A model generated the notes under the pieces. That model saw nothing but the letters and a program-made list of their open reading frames with translations, had not been told where the DNA came from and searched no databases. A program made the position numbers and the translations under genes. A stretch of DNA of 64,000 nucleotides from Escherichia coli (GTDB lineage Bacteria; Pseudomonadota; Gammaproteobacteria; Enterobacterales; Enterobacteriaceae): the NCBI RefSeq assembly GCF_003334385.1, contig NZ_QOWN01000020.1; one strand, 5' to 3'. Every line of letters begins with the position of its first letter. The first letter of the stretch is position 1. Below are positions 10,227-22,288 of the stretch, piece after piece.

Positions 10227-11120
10227 TCATTTGTGGTTCGGCAAAATCTTCCAGAATGCCTCAATTAGCGGCTCATGTAGCCGCTTTTTCTGCGCACACA
10301 CGCCCAGCTCAAACGGCGTTTTCTCATCGCTGCGCTCTAAAATCATCACGCGGTTACGCACCGGTTCGGGGCTGTTTTCCAGCACCACTTCCGGCAACAA
10401 TGCCACGCCACAGCCGAGTGCCACCATCGATACCATCGCTTCATGCCCGCCAACCGTGGCGTAAATCATCGGGTTACTGATTTTATTGCGTCGAAACCAC
10501 AGTTCAATGCGGCGGCGTACCGGCCCCTGATCGGCCATAATAAACGGCACCGTTGACCAGTCCGGCTTCTCTACCGACACCTGATTACGCACCGGGCAGG
10601 GCAGCGCGGGGGCAATCAGCACTACTGCCAGATTCTCCAGCATCGAAAACGCCACTGCGCCGGGCAAGGTTTCCGGTTTACCCGCAATCGCCAGATCCGC
10701 TTCACCAGTGACCACCTTTTCCATCGCATCTGCCGCATCACCAGTAGTAAGTTTAATCTCCACCGACGGGTGTTCCGCGCGGAAGCGATCCAGAATCGGC
10801 GGCAGATGGCTGTAGGCAGCGGTCACCGAGCAGAAGATATGTAATTCGCCAGAGAGCGACGGCCCTTGCTGATCGATGGTGTGGCGCAACTGCTGATACT
10901 GCAACAGCGTTTGCTGGGCGAAAACGCGCAGCTCTTCGCCCGCTTCAGTCAGCGTCACCGTGCGGTTATCGCGCACAAACAGCGGCTGACCGAGATCTTC
11001 TTCCAGGCGCTGAATCTGCCGTGAGAGCGTGGATGGGCTAACGTGCATCGCCCGCGCGCTGCGGCCAAAATGGCGGCTTTCCGCCAGATGCAGGAAGGTT
11101 TTCAGATCGCGTAAATCCAC
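10227..11120 (-). CDS. ilvY: LysR-family activator of ilvC
   Basis: ORF track 325 aa. I chose the GTG at 11120 (297 aa, (M)[39 protein letters not shown]) to match E. coli IlvY. Confidence 0.93.
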
Positions 11121-11269
11121 AGGGACAGCCCTCGATGTTGACGTTGCAAAAATTGCAATGTGACGTTGTGAATATATCAATTTCCGCAATAAATTTCCTG
11201 TCATATAGTGAATTCAATCTCGCAAACGCGAACCGAACAATAAGAAGCACAACATCACGAGGAATCACC
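11121..11269. promoter_or_regulatory. Divergent ilvY/ilvC promoter region with IlvY operators
   Basis: A 149-bp gap between divergent ilvY and ilvC. Established knowledge places overlapping divergent promoters and tandem IlvY operators here. I did not map individual sites. Confidence 0.65.
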
Positions 11270-12745
11270 ATGGCTAACTACTTCAATACACTGAATCTGC
11301 GCCAGCAGCTGGCACAGCTGGGCAAATGTCGCTTTATGGGCCGCGATGAATTCGCCGATGGCGCGAGCTACCTTCAGGGTAAAAAAGTAGTCATCGTCGG
11401 CTGTGGCGCACAGGGTCTGAACCAGGGCCTGAACATGCGTGATTCTGGTCTCGATATCTCCTACGCTCTGCGTAAAGAAGCGATTGCCGAGAAGCGCGCG
11501 TCCTGGCGTAAAGCGACCGAAAATGGTTTTAAAGTGGGTACTTACGAAGAACTGATCCCACAGGCGGATCTGGTGATTAACCTGACGCCGGACAAGCAGC
11601 ACTCTGATGTAGTGCGCACCGTACAGCCACTGATGAAAGACGGCGCGGCGCTGGGCTACTCGCACGGTTTCAACATCGTCGAAGTGGGCGAGCAGATCCG
11701 TAAAGATATCACCGTAGTGATGGTTGCGCCGAAATGCCCAGGCACCGAAGTGCGTGAAGAGTACAAACGTGGGTTCGGCGTACCGACGCTGATTGCCGTT
11801 CACCCGGAAAACGATCCGAAAGGCGAAGGCATGGCGATTGCCAAAGCCTGGGCGGCTGCAACCGGTGGTCACCGTGCGGGTGTGCTGGAATCGTCCTTCG
11901 TTGCGGAAGTGAAATCTGACCTGATGGGCGAGCAAACCATCCTGTGCGGTATGTTGCAGGCTGGCTCTCTGCTGTGCTTCGACAAGCTGGTGGAAGAAGG
12001 TACCGATCCAGCATACGCAGAAAAACTGATTCAGTTCGGTTGGGAAACCATCACCGAAGCACTGAAACAGGGCGGCATCACCCTGATGATGGACCGTCTC
12101 TCTAACCCGGCGAAACTGCGTGCTTATGCGCTTTCTGAACAGCTGAAAGAGATCATGGCACCCCTGTTCCAGAAACATATGGACGACATCATCTCCGGCG
12201 AATTCTCTTCCGGTATGATGGCGGACTGGGCCAACGATGATAAGAAACTGCTGACCTGGCGTGAAGAGACCGGCAAAACCGCGTTTGAAACCGCGCCGCA
12301 GTATGAAGGCAAAATCGGCGAGCAGGAGTACTTCGATAAAGGCGTACTGATGATCGCGATGGTGAAAGCGGGCGTTGAACTGGCGTTCGAAACCATGGTT
12401 GATTCCGGCATCATCGAAGAATCTGCTTACTATGAATCACTGCACGAACTGCCGCTGATTGCCAACACCATCGCCCGTAAGCGTCTGTACGAAATGAACG
12501 TGGTTATCTCTGATACCGCCGAGTACGGTAACTATCTGTTCTCTTACGCTTGTGTGCCGCTGCTGAAACCGTTTATGGCAGAGCTGCAACCGGGCGACCT
12601 GGGTAAAGCTATTCCGGAAGGCGCGGTAGATAACGGGCAACTGCGTGATGTGAACGAAGCGATTCGCAGCCATGCGATTGAGCAGGTAGGTAAGAAACTG
12701 CGCGGCTATATGACAGATATGAAACGTATTGCTGTTGCGGGTTAA
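11270..12745 (+). CDS. ilvC: Ketol-acid reductoisomerase
   Basis: ORF track 536 aa from 11135. I chose the ATG at 11270 (491 aa, [23 protein letters not shown]...), preceded by ACGAGGAATCACC. Confidence 0.97.
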
Positions 12746-12760
12746 TAGCGATTCAGAGTT

Positions 12761-12787
12761 CAAGGCCTTCTCCTGGAGAAGGCCTTG
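12761..12787. terminator. Hairpin between convergent ilvC and ppiC (probable bidirectional terminator)
   Basis: CAAGGCCTTCTCC / GGAGAAGGCCTTG, a near-perfect 27-nt palindrome. The flanking T/A runs are weak. Confidence 0.5.
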
Positions 12788-12790
12788 CTA

Positions 12791-13096
<306 letters not shown>

Positions 13097-13170
13097 TCAG
13101 GCGGCGATTTTAGCATGATCCGCAGATGCTAACGTAATTGTCAGTCAGGGAGGGGCTGGTACATATATGG

Positions 13171-13196
13171 CAAAAGCCCGGAAAATCCGGGCTTCG
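13171..13196 (-). terminator. Candidate terminator downstream of yifN
   Basis: Minus strand reads AAGCCCGG-ATTTT-CCGGGCTT followed by TTG. The hairpin lies about 75 nt after the yifN stop and has a short T-tract. Confidence 0.45.
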
Positions 13197-13270
13197 CAGG
13201 TCCCTCAAGGGGAGAAAACTTAGGGCCTTTATGGGCTACAGAGTCATTATCGGGGATGGTGATTTTATTG

Positions 13271-13720
13271 TCAATTTATGAGCGATATGGCATTGATTGA
13301 CTTGATGACCGCCCTCTGTATGTCTGCAACCAACTCATGTGGCAAACATTGATTAAGATACCCTCTGTAAGTCCTTGCTCTGTTTAATCGGTTTCGACTG
13401 ACTTGTTGTACCAGGTCGGCTTTGGCCCAACGAATCTGCTGATCAAAGAATTGCAGGTCATTGATAACATTACTGGCTATTTCAACATGCATTCCACGAT
13501 TTAACTTGTCATGATCGCGAGTGGTTGATAATGGAACGACGATACATGCGTTGCCATTAATTTTTCCGTTGAGCACGACAACTAACCTGTTTTTTATCAT
13601 TTCAGGAGGAATGCGGCCATTATAATACGTGGTGCTGAACTGTCCATTCTGGCTAACAGGATAGTTACCAAAGTTGCATTCCAGTATTTCACCAACCTTA
13701 GGGCTGAAATTTATCGCCAC
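13271..13720 (-). CDS. yifN: PemK/MazF-like (type II toxin fold) protein YifN, uninterrupted
   Basis: ORF track 163 aa. I chose the GTG at 13720 (149 aa) because TAAGGAGAGG lies 7 nt upstream. Blocks PKVGEIL, NRLVVVL, CIVVPLSTT and AKADLVQQVSRNRL parallel E. coli MazF blocks recalled from memory. Confidence 0.75.
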   Translation of the reverse strand: MAINFSPKVGEILECNFGNYPVSQNGQFSTTYYNGRIPPEMIKNRLVVVLNGKINGNACIVVPLSTTRDHDKLNRGMHVEIASNVINDLQFFDQQIRWAKADLVQQVSRNRLNRARTYRGYLNQCLPHELVADIQRAVIKSINAISLIN

Positions 13721-13936
13721 GAGTAAACCTCTCCTTAGTAAACTCTGAAAAAGTAATAACACAACGTTACGACCCGATATTTTCTAAGTCTAATGGATTC
13801 ACGATTAACTCCGGTTTCGGTCTTCCCTCTCTGATTTAAACATCCGCAGCCAACCGGTTAGCGGCTTACACGCGGTCACATTCAAATGCGATTCTGCTAC
13901 AATCCTCCCCCCGTTCGAAGATTGAGCAATACACCT

Positions 13937-15958
13937 ATGCGTCTAAACCCCGGCCAACAACAAACTGTCGAATTCGTTACCGGCCCCTGCCTGGTGCTGG
14001 CGGGCGCGGGTTCCGGTAAAACTCGTGTTATCACCAATAAAATCGCCCATCTGATCCGCGGTTGCGGTTATCAGGCGCGACATATCGCGGCGGTGACCTT
14101 TACCAATAAGGCGGCGCGCGAGATGAAAGAGCGTGTCGGGCAGACGCTGGGTCGCAAAGAGGCGCGCGGGCTGATGATCTCCACTTTTCACACGCTGGGG
14201 TTGGATATCATCAAACGCGAGTATGCGGCGCTTGGGATGAAAGCGAACTTCTCGTTGTTTGACGATACCGATCAGCTTGCTTTGCTTAAAGAGTTGACCG
14301 AGGGGCTGATTGAAGATGACAAAGTTCTCCTGCAACAACTGATTTCGACCATCTCTAACTGGAAGAATGATCTCAAAACACCGTCCCAGGCGGCAGCAAG
14401 TGCGATTGGCGAGCGGGACCGTATTTTTGCCCATTGTTATGGGCTGTATGATGCACACCTGAAAGCCTGTAACGTTCTCGACTTCGATGATCTGATTTTA
14501 TTGCCGACGTTGCTGCTGCAACGCAATGAAGAAGTCCGCGAGCGCTGGCAGAACAAAATTCGCTACCTGCTGGTGGATGAGTATCAGGACACCAACACCA
14601 GCCAGTATGAACTGGTGAAACTGCTGGTGGGCAGCCGCGCGCGCTTTACCGTGGTGGGCGATGACGACCAGTCGATCTACTCCTGGCGCGGTGCACGTCC
14701 ACAAAACCTGGTGCTGCTGAGTCAGGATTTTCCGGCGCTGAAGGTGATTAAGCTTGAGCAGAACTACCGCTCTTCCGGACGTATTTTGAAAGCGGCGAAC
14801 ATCCTGATCGCCAATAATCCGCACGTCTTTGAAAAGCGTCTGTTCTCCGAACTGGGTTACGGCACAGAGCTAAAAGTTTTAAGCGCGAATAACGAGGAAC
14901 ATGAAGCCGAGCGCGTTACTGGCGAGCTGATCGCCCATCACTTCGTCAATAAAACGCAGTACAAAGATTACGCCATTCTTTATCGCGGTAACCATCAGTC
15001 GCGGGTGTTTGAAAAATTCCTGATGCAAAACCGCATCCCGTACAAAATTTCTGGTGGTACGTCGTTTTTCTCTCGTCCTGAAATCAAGGACTTGCTGGCT
15101 TATCTGCGCGTGCTGACTAACCCGGACGATGACAGCGCATTTCTGCGTATCGTTAACACGCCGAAGCGAGAGATTGGCCCGGCTACGCTGAAAAAGCTGG
15201 GTGAGTGGGCGATGACGCGCAATAAAAGCATGTTTACCGCCAGCTTTGATATGGGCCTGAGTCAGACGCTTAGCGGACGTGGTTATGAAGCATTGACCCG
15301 CTTCACTCACTGGTTGGCAGAAATTCAGCGTCTGGCGGAGCGGGAGCCGATTGCCGCGGTGCGCGATCTGATCCACGGCATGGATTATGAATCCTGGCTG
15401 TACGAAACATCGCCCAGCCCGAAAGCTGCCGAAATGCGCATGAAGAACGTCAACCAACTGTTTAGCTGGATGACGGAGATGCTGGAAGGCAGCGAACTGG
15501 ATGAGCCGATGACGCTCACCCAGGTGGTGACGCGCTTTACTTTGCGCGACATGATGGAGCGTGGTGAGAGTGAAGAAGAGCTGGATCAGGTGCAACTGAT
15601 GACTCTGCACGCGTCAAAAGGGCTGGAGTTTCCTTATGTCTACATGGTCGGTATGGAAGAAGGGTTTTTGCCGCACCAGAGCAGCATCGATGAAGATAAT
15701 ATCGATGAGGAGCGGCGGCTGGCCTATGTCGGCATTACCCGCGCCCAGAAGGAATTGACCTTTACGCTGTGTAAAGAACGCCGTCAGTACGGCGAGCTGG
15801 TGCGCCCGGAGCCGAGCCGCTTTTTGCTGGAGCTGCCGCAGGATGATCTGATTTGGGAACAGGAGCGCAAAGTGGTCAGCGCCGAAGAACGGATGCAGAA
15901 AGGGCAAAGCCATCTGGCGAATCTGAAAGCGATGATGGCGGCAAAACGAGGGAAATAA
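13937..15958 (+). CDS. rep: ATP-dependent DNA helicase Rep (SF1)
   Basis: ORF track 690 aa. I chose the ATG at 13937 (673 aa, [30 protein letters not shown]). Walker A and the DEYQD motif are present. Confidence 0.96.
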   Translation: MRLNPGQQQTVEFVTGPCLVLAGAGSGKTRVITNKIAHLIRGCGYQARHIAAVTFTNKAAREMKERVGQTLGRKEARGLMISTFHTLGLDIIKREYAALGMKANFSLFDDTDQLALLKELTEGLIEDDKVLLQQLISTISNWKNDLKTPSQAAASAIGERDRIFAHCYGLYDAHLKACNVLDFDDLILLPTLLLQRNEEVRERWQNKIRYLLVDEYQDTNTSQYELVKLLVGSRARFTVVGDDDQSIYSWRGARPQNLVLLSQDFPALKVIKLEQNYRSSGRILKAANILIANNPHVFEKRLFSELGYGTELKVLSANNEEHEAERVTGELIAHHFVNKTQYKDYAILYRGNHQSRVFEKFLMQNRIPYKISGGTSFFSRPEIKDLLAYLRVLTNPDDDSAFLRIVNTPKREIGPATLKKLGEWAMTRNKSMFTASFDMGLSQTLSGRGYEALTRFTHWLAEIQRLAEREPIAAVRDLIHGMDYESWLYETSPSPKAAEMRMKNVNQLFSWMTEMLEGSELDEPMTLTQVVTRFTLRDMMERGESEEELDQVQLMTLHASKGLEFPYVYMVGMEEGFLPHQSSIDEDNIDEERRLAYVGITRAQKELTFTLCKERRQYGELVRPEPSRFLLELPQDDLIWEQERKVVSAEERMQKGQSHLANLKAMMAAKRGK

Positions 15959-15962
15959 TCAA

Positions 15963-15996
15963 GGCCGGAGAAGATGCGTCAGCATCGCATCCGGCA
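15963..15996. repeat. REP element
   Basis: GGCCGGAGAAGATGCGTCAGCATCGCATCCGGCA between convergent rep and gppA. The core GATGCGTCAGCATCGCATCCGGCA recurs at 37569-37591. Confidence 0.8.
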
Positions 15997-16004
15997 CTTA
16001 CTCA

Positions 16005-17489
16005 TTAATGCACTTCTAGCGACCAGTGGACATAGCTCTGCCACTGGCTTTCCTGAGCAATAATCTCTTTACCCAGCGGATGTTGGGTTAGCCAACCTTG
16101 CGGAAGCGTCAAGGTCAACAGTTCATGGTTAGCCTGTAATGTCATCTCTGGCACGAGATCGTCACGGCGACGGCTGGCAAAAATGATGGCCAGGCGGAGT
16201 AAACGGCAGAGTTGTTCTGCGACGCGCGGCGGTACGGCATTTTGCTGATGCAGCGATGAGAGATCGACCGGATTAGTCTGGTTGAGCAGTAGCGTCGCCA
16301 GCAATTTTTTCTGTGCGGGGGTAAAACCGGGAAGATCCAGATTACGCACCAGATAAGCAGCGTGTTGCGGCGCTTGTTTGAAGTCAACGCTCAGGCCGAT
16401 TTCATGAAGCTGACAGGCGCTGATGAGCAAATCGCGGCTTATTGCTTCAAGATGCCATTCCTTTTCCACCTGATCGAAGAAGTTAGCCGCAACTTTGGCT
16501 ACGCGCTGCGCCTGATCAATATCGATCATAAAGCGGCGCTGAATATTACGCAGCGTACGGCTGCGAATATCCTGCTCGACGGCCAGATGCAACATGCCGT
16601 AGACCAGGCCTTCACGCAGCGCACCGCCCGCCAGGGTCATACACTGAATATTCAGTTCGGTAAAAATGGCGATCAGGATCGCCAGACCACTCGGGAACAC
16701 TAACGCACGTTCCAGCGTCAGCCCGTCAATCTCCAGTTCCTCCAGCCGACCGCAATGAATGGCTCGCTGTTTCAATTGCTGCAACTTTTCCAGGGTAATG
16801 CGTTCATCCATCCCCTGTGCCATCATGATTTCCTGTAACGCCTGCACGGTGCCGGAAGCACCAACGCACACTTTCCAGCCGTGATACCGTAATTCATCGG
16901 CAACCGGACGTAACACTTCGCGTGCCGCTTTTTCTGCAGCATCAAAATTTTCCTGCCCCAGATTACGATCGGCAAAATAGCGTTCCAGCCAGGTGACGCA
17001 GCCCATCGACAGGCTGAACAACGAGGTGGTTTGTGCACCCGTGCCGGTTACCAGTTCAGTACTGGCACCGCCTATATCCACCACCAGGCGCTGATCGGCA
17101 CCGCCAGTTGTGTGAGCAACGCCCTGATAAATCAGACGTGCTTCCTCTTCACCGCTGATCACCTGTACCGGACAACCGAGGATTTCCTGCGCTTTGGCAA
17201 TAAAATCACCCGCATTGACGGCAAGACGTAATGTCGCCGTAGCGACAACGCGAATTTGCGAGGGAGGGATATCTTGCAGACGTTCAGCAAACAGGCGCAG
17301 ACATTGCCAACCGCGCTCCATTGCTTCATTAGACAGGGCATTTTCGCTATTCAGGCCAGCAGCCAGACGCACTTTGCGTTTTATTCGCGTCAGCGTCTGG
17401 ATGCTTCCAGCCACCTCGCGCACAACCAGCATATGAAAACTATTCGAACCGAGATCAATGGCTGCATACAGCGACGAGGTGGAACCCAT
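16005..17489 (-). CDS. gppA: Guanosine pentaphosphate phosphohydrolase / exopolyphosphatase
   Basis: ORF track 497 aa. I chose the second ATG (17489, 494 aa, [21 protein letters not shown]) because GAAGG abuts the first ATG but is well spaced for the second. Confidence 0.92.
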   Translation of the reverse strand: MGSTSSLYAAIDLGSNSFHMLVVREVAGSIQTLTRIKRKVRLAAGLNSENALSNEAMERGWQCLRLFAERLQDIPPSQIRVVATATLRLAVNAGDFIAKAQEILGCPVQVISGEEEARLIYQGVAHTTGGADQRLVVDIGGASTELVTGTGAQTTSLFSLSMGCVTWLERYFADRNLGQENFDAAEKAAREVLRPVADELRYHGWKVCVGASGTVQALQEIMMAQGMDERITLEKLQQLKQRAIHCGRLEELEIDGLTLERALVFPSGLAILIAIFTELNIQCMTLAGGALREGLVYGMLHLAVEQDIRSRTLRNIQRRFMIDIDQAQRVAKVAANFFDQVEKEWHLEAISRDLLISACQLHEIGLSVDFKQAPQHAAYLVRNLDLPGFTPAQKKLLATLLLNQTNPVDLSSLHQQNAVPPRVAEQLCRLLRLAIIFASRRRDDLVPEMTLQANHELLTLTLPQGWLTQHPLGKEIIAQESQWQSYVHWSLEVH

Positions 17490-17622
17490 ACTCTTCATCC
17501 TTCAATCTGTCTCTGTGTTGGCTGCATTCTTTCACCTGAATCACTTACTACAGTATGCTCATCGGGATTCATTCTCTTGCCATCTTGATACAGTTTGAAT
17601 GATTTTGAGTATGACATTTTAT

Positions 17623-18888
17623 TTAACCTGAACGACGACGATTACGCGGAGCGCCAGTACGACGCGGACCATTGCCTGTACGTGGGCGCGTGAGGCGCAG
17701 CGGTTTTGGCAGATCGGTCATCAATGCGTCCGGATTGTATTTGCTTACCGGAATTGAGTGACCAATATAGGTCTCAATAGCAGGCAAATTCAATGCATAC
17801 TCTTCACACGCCAGGCTGATAGAGTGACCGCTTGCGCCTGCGCGACCTGTACGACCAATACGGTGAACGTAATCTTCACAGTCATCGGGTAAATCGTAGT
17901 TAAAGACGTGCGTCACTGCCGGAATATGCAAACCACGCGCGGCAACGTCGGTGGCAACCAGAATATCCAGATCGCCACGGGTAAATTCATCAAGAATACG
18001 CAGACGTTTTTTCTGCGCGACATCGCCTGTCAATAAACCGACACGATGACCATCTGCTGCCAGGTGGCCCCAGATCTCTTCACAACGGTGTTTGGTGTTG
18101 GCGAAAATAATCGCTCTGTCTGGCCACTCTTCTTCGATCAGCGTTTGCAGCAAACGCATTTTTTCTTCGTTAGAAGGGTAGAAAAGCTCTTCTTTAATAC
18201 GGTGGCCCGTTTTCTGTTCCGGTTCCACTTCAATATATTCGGCATTGTTCATCTGCTCGAACGCCAGTTCACGTACCCGGTACGAAAGCGTGGCGGAGAA
18301 CAGCATGTTGAGGCGCTGGTTTGCAGGCGGCATACGGCGGAACAGCCAGCGGATATCTTTAATAAAGCCCAGATCGTACATGCGATCGGCTTCGTCCAGT
18401 ACCACCACCTGAATGGCACCGAGGTTAATGTGGTTCTGCTTGGCGTAGTCAATTAAACGCCCCGTGGTGCCAATCAGAATGTCAACGCCGCTTTCCAGCA
18501 CTTTCAGCTGTTTGTCGTAGCCATCACCACCGTAAGCCAGACCCAGCTTCAGGCCAGTAGCTTCCGCCAGCGGTTCTGCGTCGGCATGGATCTGCACGGC
18601 AAGTTCACGCGTCGGTGCCATAATTAAGGCACGCGGCTGATTCACCTTGCGATCGGCAATCGCAGGATGAGAGAGAAGATAATGAAACGTTGACGTAAGA
18701 AACGCCATCGTTTTCCCGGTACCGGTTTGCGCCTGCCCGGCTACGTCACGACCCGCCAGCGTCAGCGGAAGGGCCAGTGCCTGAATGGGCGTACAGTTAT
18801 GAAACCCTTTTTTTTCAAGGGCTTCTACAACCTTCGGATGCAGGGCGAAGTCGGAAAACTTCTGTTCTGTTAAATGTGTTTTGCTCAT
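17623..18888 (-). CDS. rhlB: DEAD-box RNA helicase RhlB (degradosome)
   Basis: ORF track 421 aa. Motifs [12 protein letters not shown] (VLDEADRM) and SAT are present, with an arginine-rich C-terminus. Confidence 0.96.
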
Positions 18889-19018
18889 AGTGTGGTAGAA
18901 TATCAGCTTACTATTGCTTTACGAAAGCGTATCCGGTGAAATAAAGTCAACCTTTAGTTGGTTAATGTTACACCAACAACGAAACCAACACGCCAGGCTT
19001 ATTCCTGTGGAGTTATAT

Positions 19019-19348
19019 ATGAGCGATAAAATTATTCACCTGACTGACGACAGTTTTGACACGGATGTACTCAAAGCGGACGGGGCGATCCTCGTCGATT
19101 TCTGGGCAGAGTGGTGCGGTCCGTGCAAAATGATCGCCCCGATTCTGGATGAAATCGCTGACGAATATCAGGGCAAACTGACCGTTGCAAAACTGAACAT
19201 CGATCAAAACCCTGGCACTGCGCCGAAATATGGCATCCGTGGTATCCCGACTCTGCTGCTGTTCAAAAACGGTGAAGTGGCGGCAACCAAAGTGGGTGCA
19301 CTGTCTAAAGGTCAGTTGAAAGAGTTCCTCGACGCTAACCTGGCGTAA
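19019..19348 (+). CDS. trxA: Thioredoxin 1
   Basis: ORF track 144 aa. I chose the ATG at 19019 (109 aa, [18 protein letters not shown]...WCGPCK). Confidence 0.97.
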
Positions 19349-19417
19349 GGGAATTTCATGTTCGGGTGCCCCGTCGCTAAAAACTGGACGCCCGGCGTGA
19401 GTCATGCTAACTTAGTG

Positions 19418-19446
19418 TTGACTTCGTATTAAACATACCTTATTAA
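19418..19446 (+). promoter_or_regulatory. Candidate sigma70 promoter of rhoL-rho
   Basis: TTGACT (19418-19423), a 17-bp spacer, then TATTAA (19441-19446), about 45 nt upstream of rhoL. Confidence 0.6.
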
Positions 19447-19488
19447 GTTTGAATCTTGTAATTTCCAACGCTTCCCGTTTTATCTTAA

Positions 19489-19590
19489 ATGCGAAGTGAA
19501 CAGATTTCTGGCTCGTCACTCAATCCGTCTTGTCGTTTCAGTTCTGCGTACTCTCCTGTGACCAGGCAGCGAAAAGACATGAGTCGATGA
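19489..19590 (+). CDS. rhoL: rho leader peptide (33 aa)
   Basis: Hand translation: MRSEQISGSSLNPSCRFSSAYSPVTRQRKDMSR*. It lies in the long rho leader, which is known to mediate Rho-dependent autoregulation. Translation is not proven by the sequence. Confidence 0.65.
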   Translation: MRSEQISGSSLNPSCRFSSAYSPVTRQRKDMSR

Positions 19591-19674
19591 CCGTAAACAG
19601 GCATGGATGATCCTGCCATACCATTCACAACATTAAGTTCGAGATTTACCCCAAGTTTAAGAACTCACACCACT

Positions 19675-20934
19675 ATGAATCTTACCGAATTAAAGAATAC
19701 GCCGGTTTCTGAGCTGATCACTCTCGGCGAAAATATGGGGCTGGAAAACCTGGCTCGTATGCGTAAGCAGGACATTATTTTTGCCATCCTGAAGCAGCAC
19801 GCAAAGAGTGGCGAAGATATCTTTGGTGATGGCGTACTGGAGATATTGCAGGATGGATTTGGTTTCCTCCGTTCCGCAGACAGCTCCTACCTCGCCGGTC
19901 CTGATGACATCTACGTTTCCCCTAGCCAAATCCGCCGTTTCAACCTCCGCACTGGTGATACCATCTCTGGTAAGATTCGCCCGCCGAAAGAAGGTGAACG
20001 CTATTTTGCGCTGCTGAAAGTTAACGAAGTTAACTTCGACAAACCTGAAAACGCCCGCAACAAAATCCTCTTTGAGAACTTAACCCCGCTGCACGCAAAC
20101 TCTCGTCTGCGTATGGAACGTGGTAACGGTTCTACTGAAGATTTAACTGCTCGCGTACTGGATCTGGCATCACCTATCGGTCGTGGTCAGCGTGGTCTGA
20201 TTGTGGCACCGCCGAAAGCCGGTAAAACTATGCTGCTGCAGAACATTGCTCAGAGCATTGCTTACAACCACCCGGATTGTGTGCTGATGGTTCTGCTGAT
20301 CGACGAACGTCCGGAAGAAGTAACCGAGATGCAGCGTCTGGTAAAAGGTGAAGTTGTTGCTTCTACCTTTGACGAACCCGCATCTCGCCACGTTCAGGTT
20401 GCGGAAATGGTGATCGAGAAGGCCAAACGCCTGGTTGAGCACAAGAAAGACGTTATCATTCTGCTCGACTCCATCACTCGTCTGGCGCGCGCTTACAACA
20501 CTGTTGTTCCGGCGTCAGGTAAAGTGTTGACCGGTGGTGTGGACGCCAATGCCCTTCATCGTCCGAAACGCTTCTTCGGTGCGGCGCGTAACGTGGAAGA
20601 GGGCGGCAGCCTGACCATTATCGCGACGGCGCTTATCGATACCGGTTCTAAAATGGACGAAGTTATTTACGAAGAGTTTAAAGGTACAGGCAACATGGAA
20701 CTGCACCTCTCTCGTAAGATCGCTGAAAAACGCGTCTTCCCGGCTATCGACTACAACCGTTCCGGTACCCGTAAAGAAGAACTGCTCACTACTCAGGAAG
20801 AACTGCAGAAAATGTGGATCCTGCGCAAAATCATTCACCCGATGGGCGAAATCGATGCAATGGAATTCCTCATTAATAAACTGGCCATGACCAAGACCAA
20901 TGACGATTTCTTCGAAATGATGAAACGCTCATAA
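19675..20934 (+). CDS. rho: Transcription termination factor Rho
   Basis: ORF track 443 aa. I chose the ATG at 19675 (419 aa, [33 protein letters not shown]...). Walker A is PPKAGKT. Confidence 0.98.
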
Positions 20935-20949
20935 ATTTGTCTTATGCCA

Positions 20950-20984
20950 AAAACGCCACGTGTTTACGTGGCGTTTTGCTTTTA
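20950..20984 (+). terminator. Rho-independent terminator after rho
   Basis: AAAACGCCACG-TGTTTA-CGTGGCGTTTT stem-loop followed by GCTTTT. Confidence 0.8.
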
Positions 20985-21173
20985 TATCTGTAATCTTAAT
21001 GCCGCGCTGGCGATGTTAGGAAAATTCCTGGAATTTGCTGGCATGTTATGCAATTTGCATATCAAATGGTTAATTTTTGCACAGGACTGGTGGGTTCGGA
21101 ACGGACTTTCCCTTCTGAATAAAGGTCTTCGTGGTTATACTTCTGCTAATAATTTTCTCTGAGAGCATGCATT

Positions 21174-22277
21174 GTGAATTTACTGACAGTGAGTACTGAT
21201 CTCATCAGTATTTTTTTATTCACGACACTGTTTCTGTTTTTTGCCCGTAAGGTGGCAAAAAAAGTCGGTTTAGTGGATAAACCAAACTTCCGCAAACGTC
21301 ACCAGGGGTTGATACCACTCGTTGGGGGTATTTCGGTTTACGCAGGGATTTGCTTCACGTTCGGAATTGTCGATTACTATATTCCGCATGCATCTCTCTA
21401 TCTCGCTTGTGCCGGTGTGCTTGTTTTCATTGGCGCGCTGGATGACCGTTTTGATATCAGCGTAAAAATCCGTGCCACCATACAGGCCGCTGTTGGCATT
21501 GTTATGATGGTGTTTGGCAACCTTTATCTCAGTAGCCTGGGTTATATCTTTGGCTCCTGGGAGATGGTGCTCGGACCGTTTGGTTACTTCCTGACGCTAT
21601 TTGCCGTCTGGGCGGCCATTAATGCGTTCAACATGGTTGATGGCATTGATGGCTTGCTGGGCGGGTTGTCCTGCGTCTCGTTTGCAGCAATCGGTATGAT
21701 TTTGTGGTTCGACGGGCAAACCAGCCTCGCAATCTGGTGCTTTGCGATGATCGCCGCCATCCTGCCATATATCATGCTTAACCTTGGTATCCTGGGTCGC
21801 CGCTACAAAGTCTTTATGGGTGATGCGGGCAGTACGCTGATTGGTTTTACCGTGATCTGGATCCTGCTCGAAACGACCCAGGGCAAAACCCATCCCATCA
21901 GCCCGGTTACCGCTTTGTGGATAATCGCCATTCCGCTAATGGATATGGTGGCGATTATGTACCGTCGCCTGCGTAAAGGCATGAGCCCATTCTCTCCTGA
22001 CCGTCAGCATATTCACCATTTGATCATGCGTGCCGGGTTTACTTCCCGTCAGGCGTTTGTGCTGATTACCCTTGCCGCAGCACTGCTCGCTTCCATTGGC
22101 GTGCTGGCAGAATATTCTCATTTTGTCCCGGAGTGGGTCATGCTGGTGCTCTTTTTGCTAGCATTCTTCCTCTATGGATATTGCATTAAGCGTGCCTGGA
22201 AAGTTGCTCGCTTTATTAAGCGCGTAAAACGCAGACTGCGTAGAAATCGTGGTGGCAGCCCCAATTTAACCAAATAA
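21174..22277 (+). CDS. wecA: UDP-GlcNAc:undecaprenyl-phosphate GlcNAc-1-phosphate transferase (first ECA/O-antigen step)
   Basis: ORF track 367 aa with a GTG start. Polytopic membrane protein recognised as WecA/Rfe. Confidence 0.95.
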   Translation: MNLLTVSTDLISIFLFTTLFLFFARKVAKKVGLVDKPNFRKRHQGLIPLVGGISVYAGICFTFGIVDYYIPHASLYLACAGVLVFIGALDDRFDISVKIRATIQAAVGIVMMVFGNLYLSSLGYIFGSWEMVLGPFGYFLTLFAVWAAINAFNMVDGIDGLLGGLSCVSFAAIGMILWFDGQTSLAIWCFAMIAAILPYIMLNLGILGRRYKVFMGDAGSTLIGFTVIWILLETTQGKTHPISPVTALWIIAIPLMDMVAIMYRRLRKGMSPFSPDRQHIHHLIMRAGFTSRQAFVLITLAAALLASIGVLAEYSHFVPEWVMLVLFLLAFFLYGYCIKRAWKVARFIKRVKRRLRRNRGGSPNLTK

Positions 22278-22288
22278 ATGAGGATGTG

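Noticed and set aside
11255-12178. A 307-aa ORF antisense to ilvC. Similar long antisense ORFs occur at 8705-9253 (ilvA), 14879-15610 (rep), 25001-25741 (wecC), 29205-29780 (wecE/wzxE), 49845-50327 (xerC), 50947-51609 (yigB/uvrD) and 52978-53523 (uvrD).
   Set aside because: Each lies entirely opposite a well-recognised, strongly codon-biased gene. None has a ribosome-binding site that I could see, and the translations are low-complexity and R/H/Q-rich. They are typical shadow ORFs.
20944-21162. A 72-aa ORF in the rho-wecA intergenic region.
   Set aside because: It starts inside the rho terminator hairpin, has no SD, and its sequence is AT-rich promoter-like DNA. The region is more plausibly the wec operon promoter.
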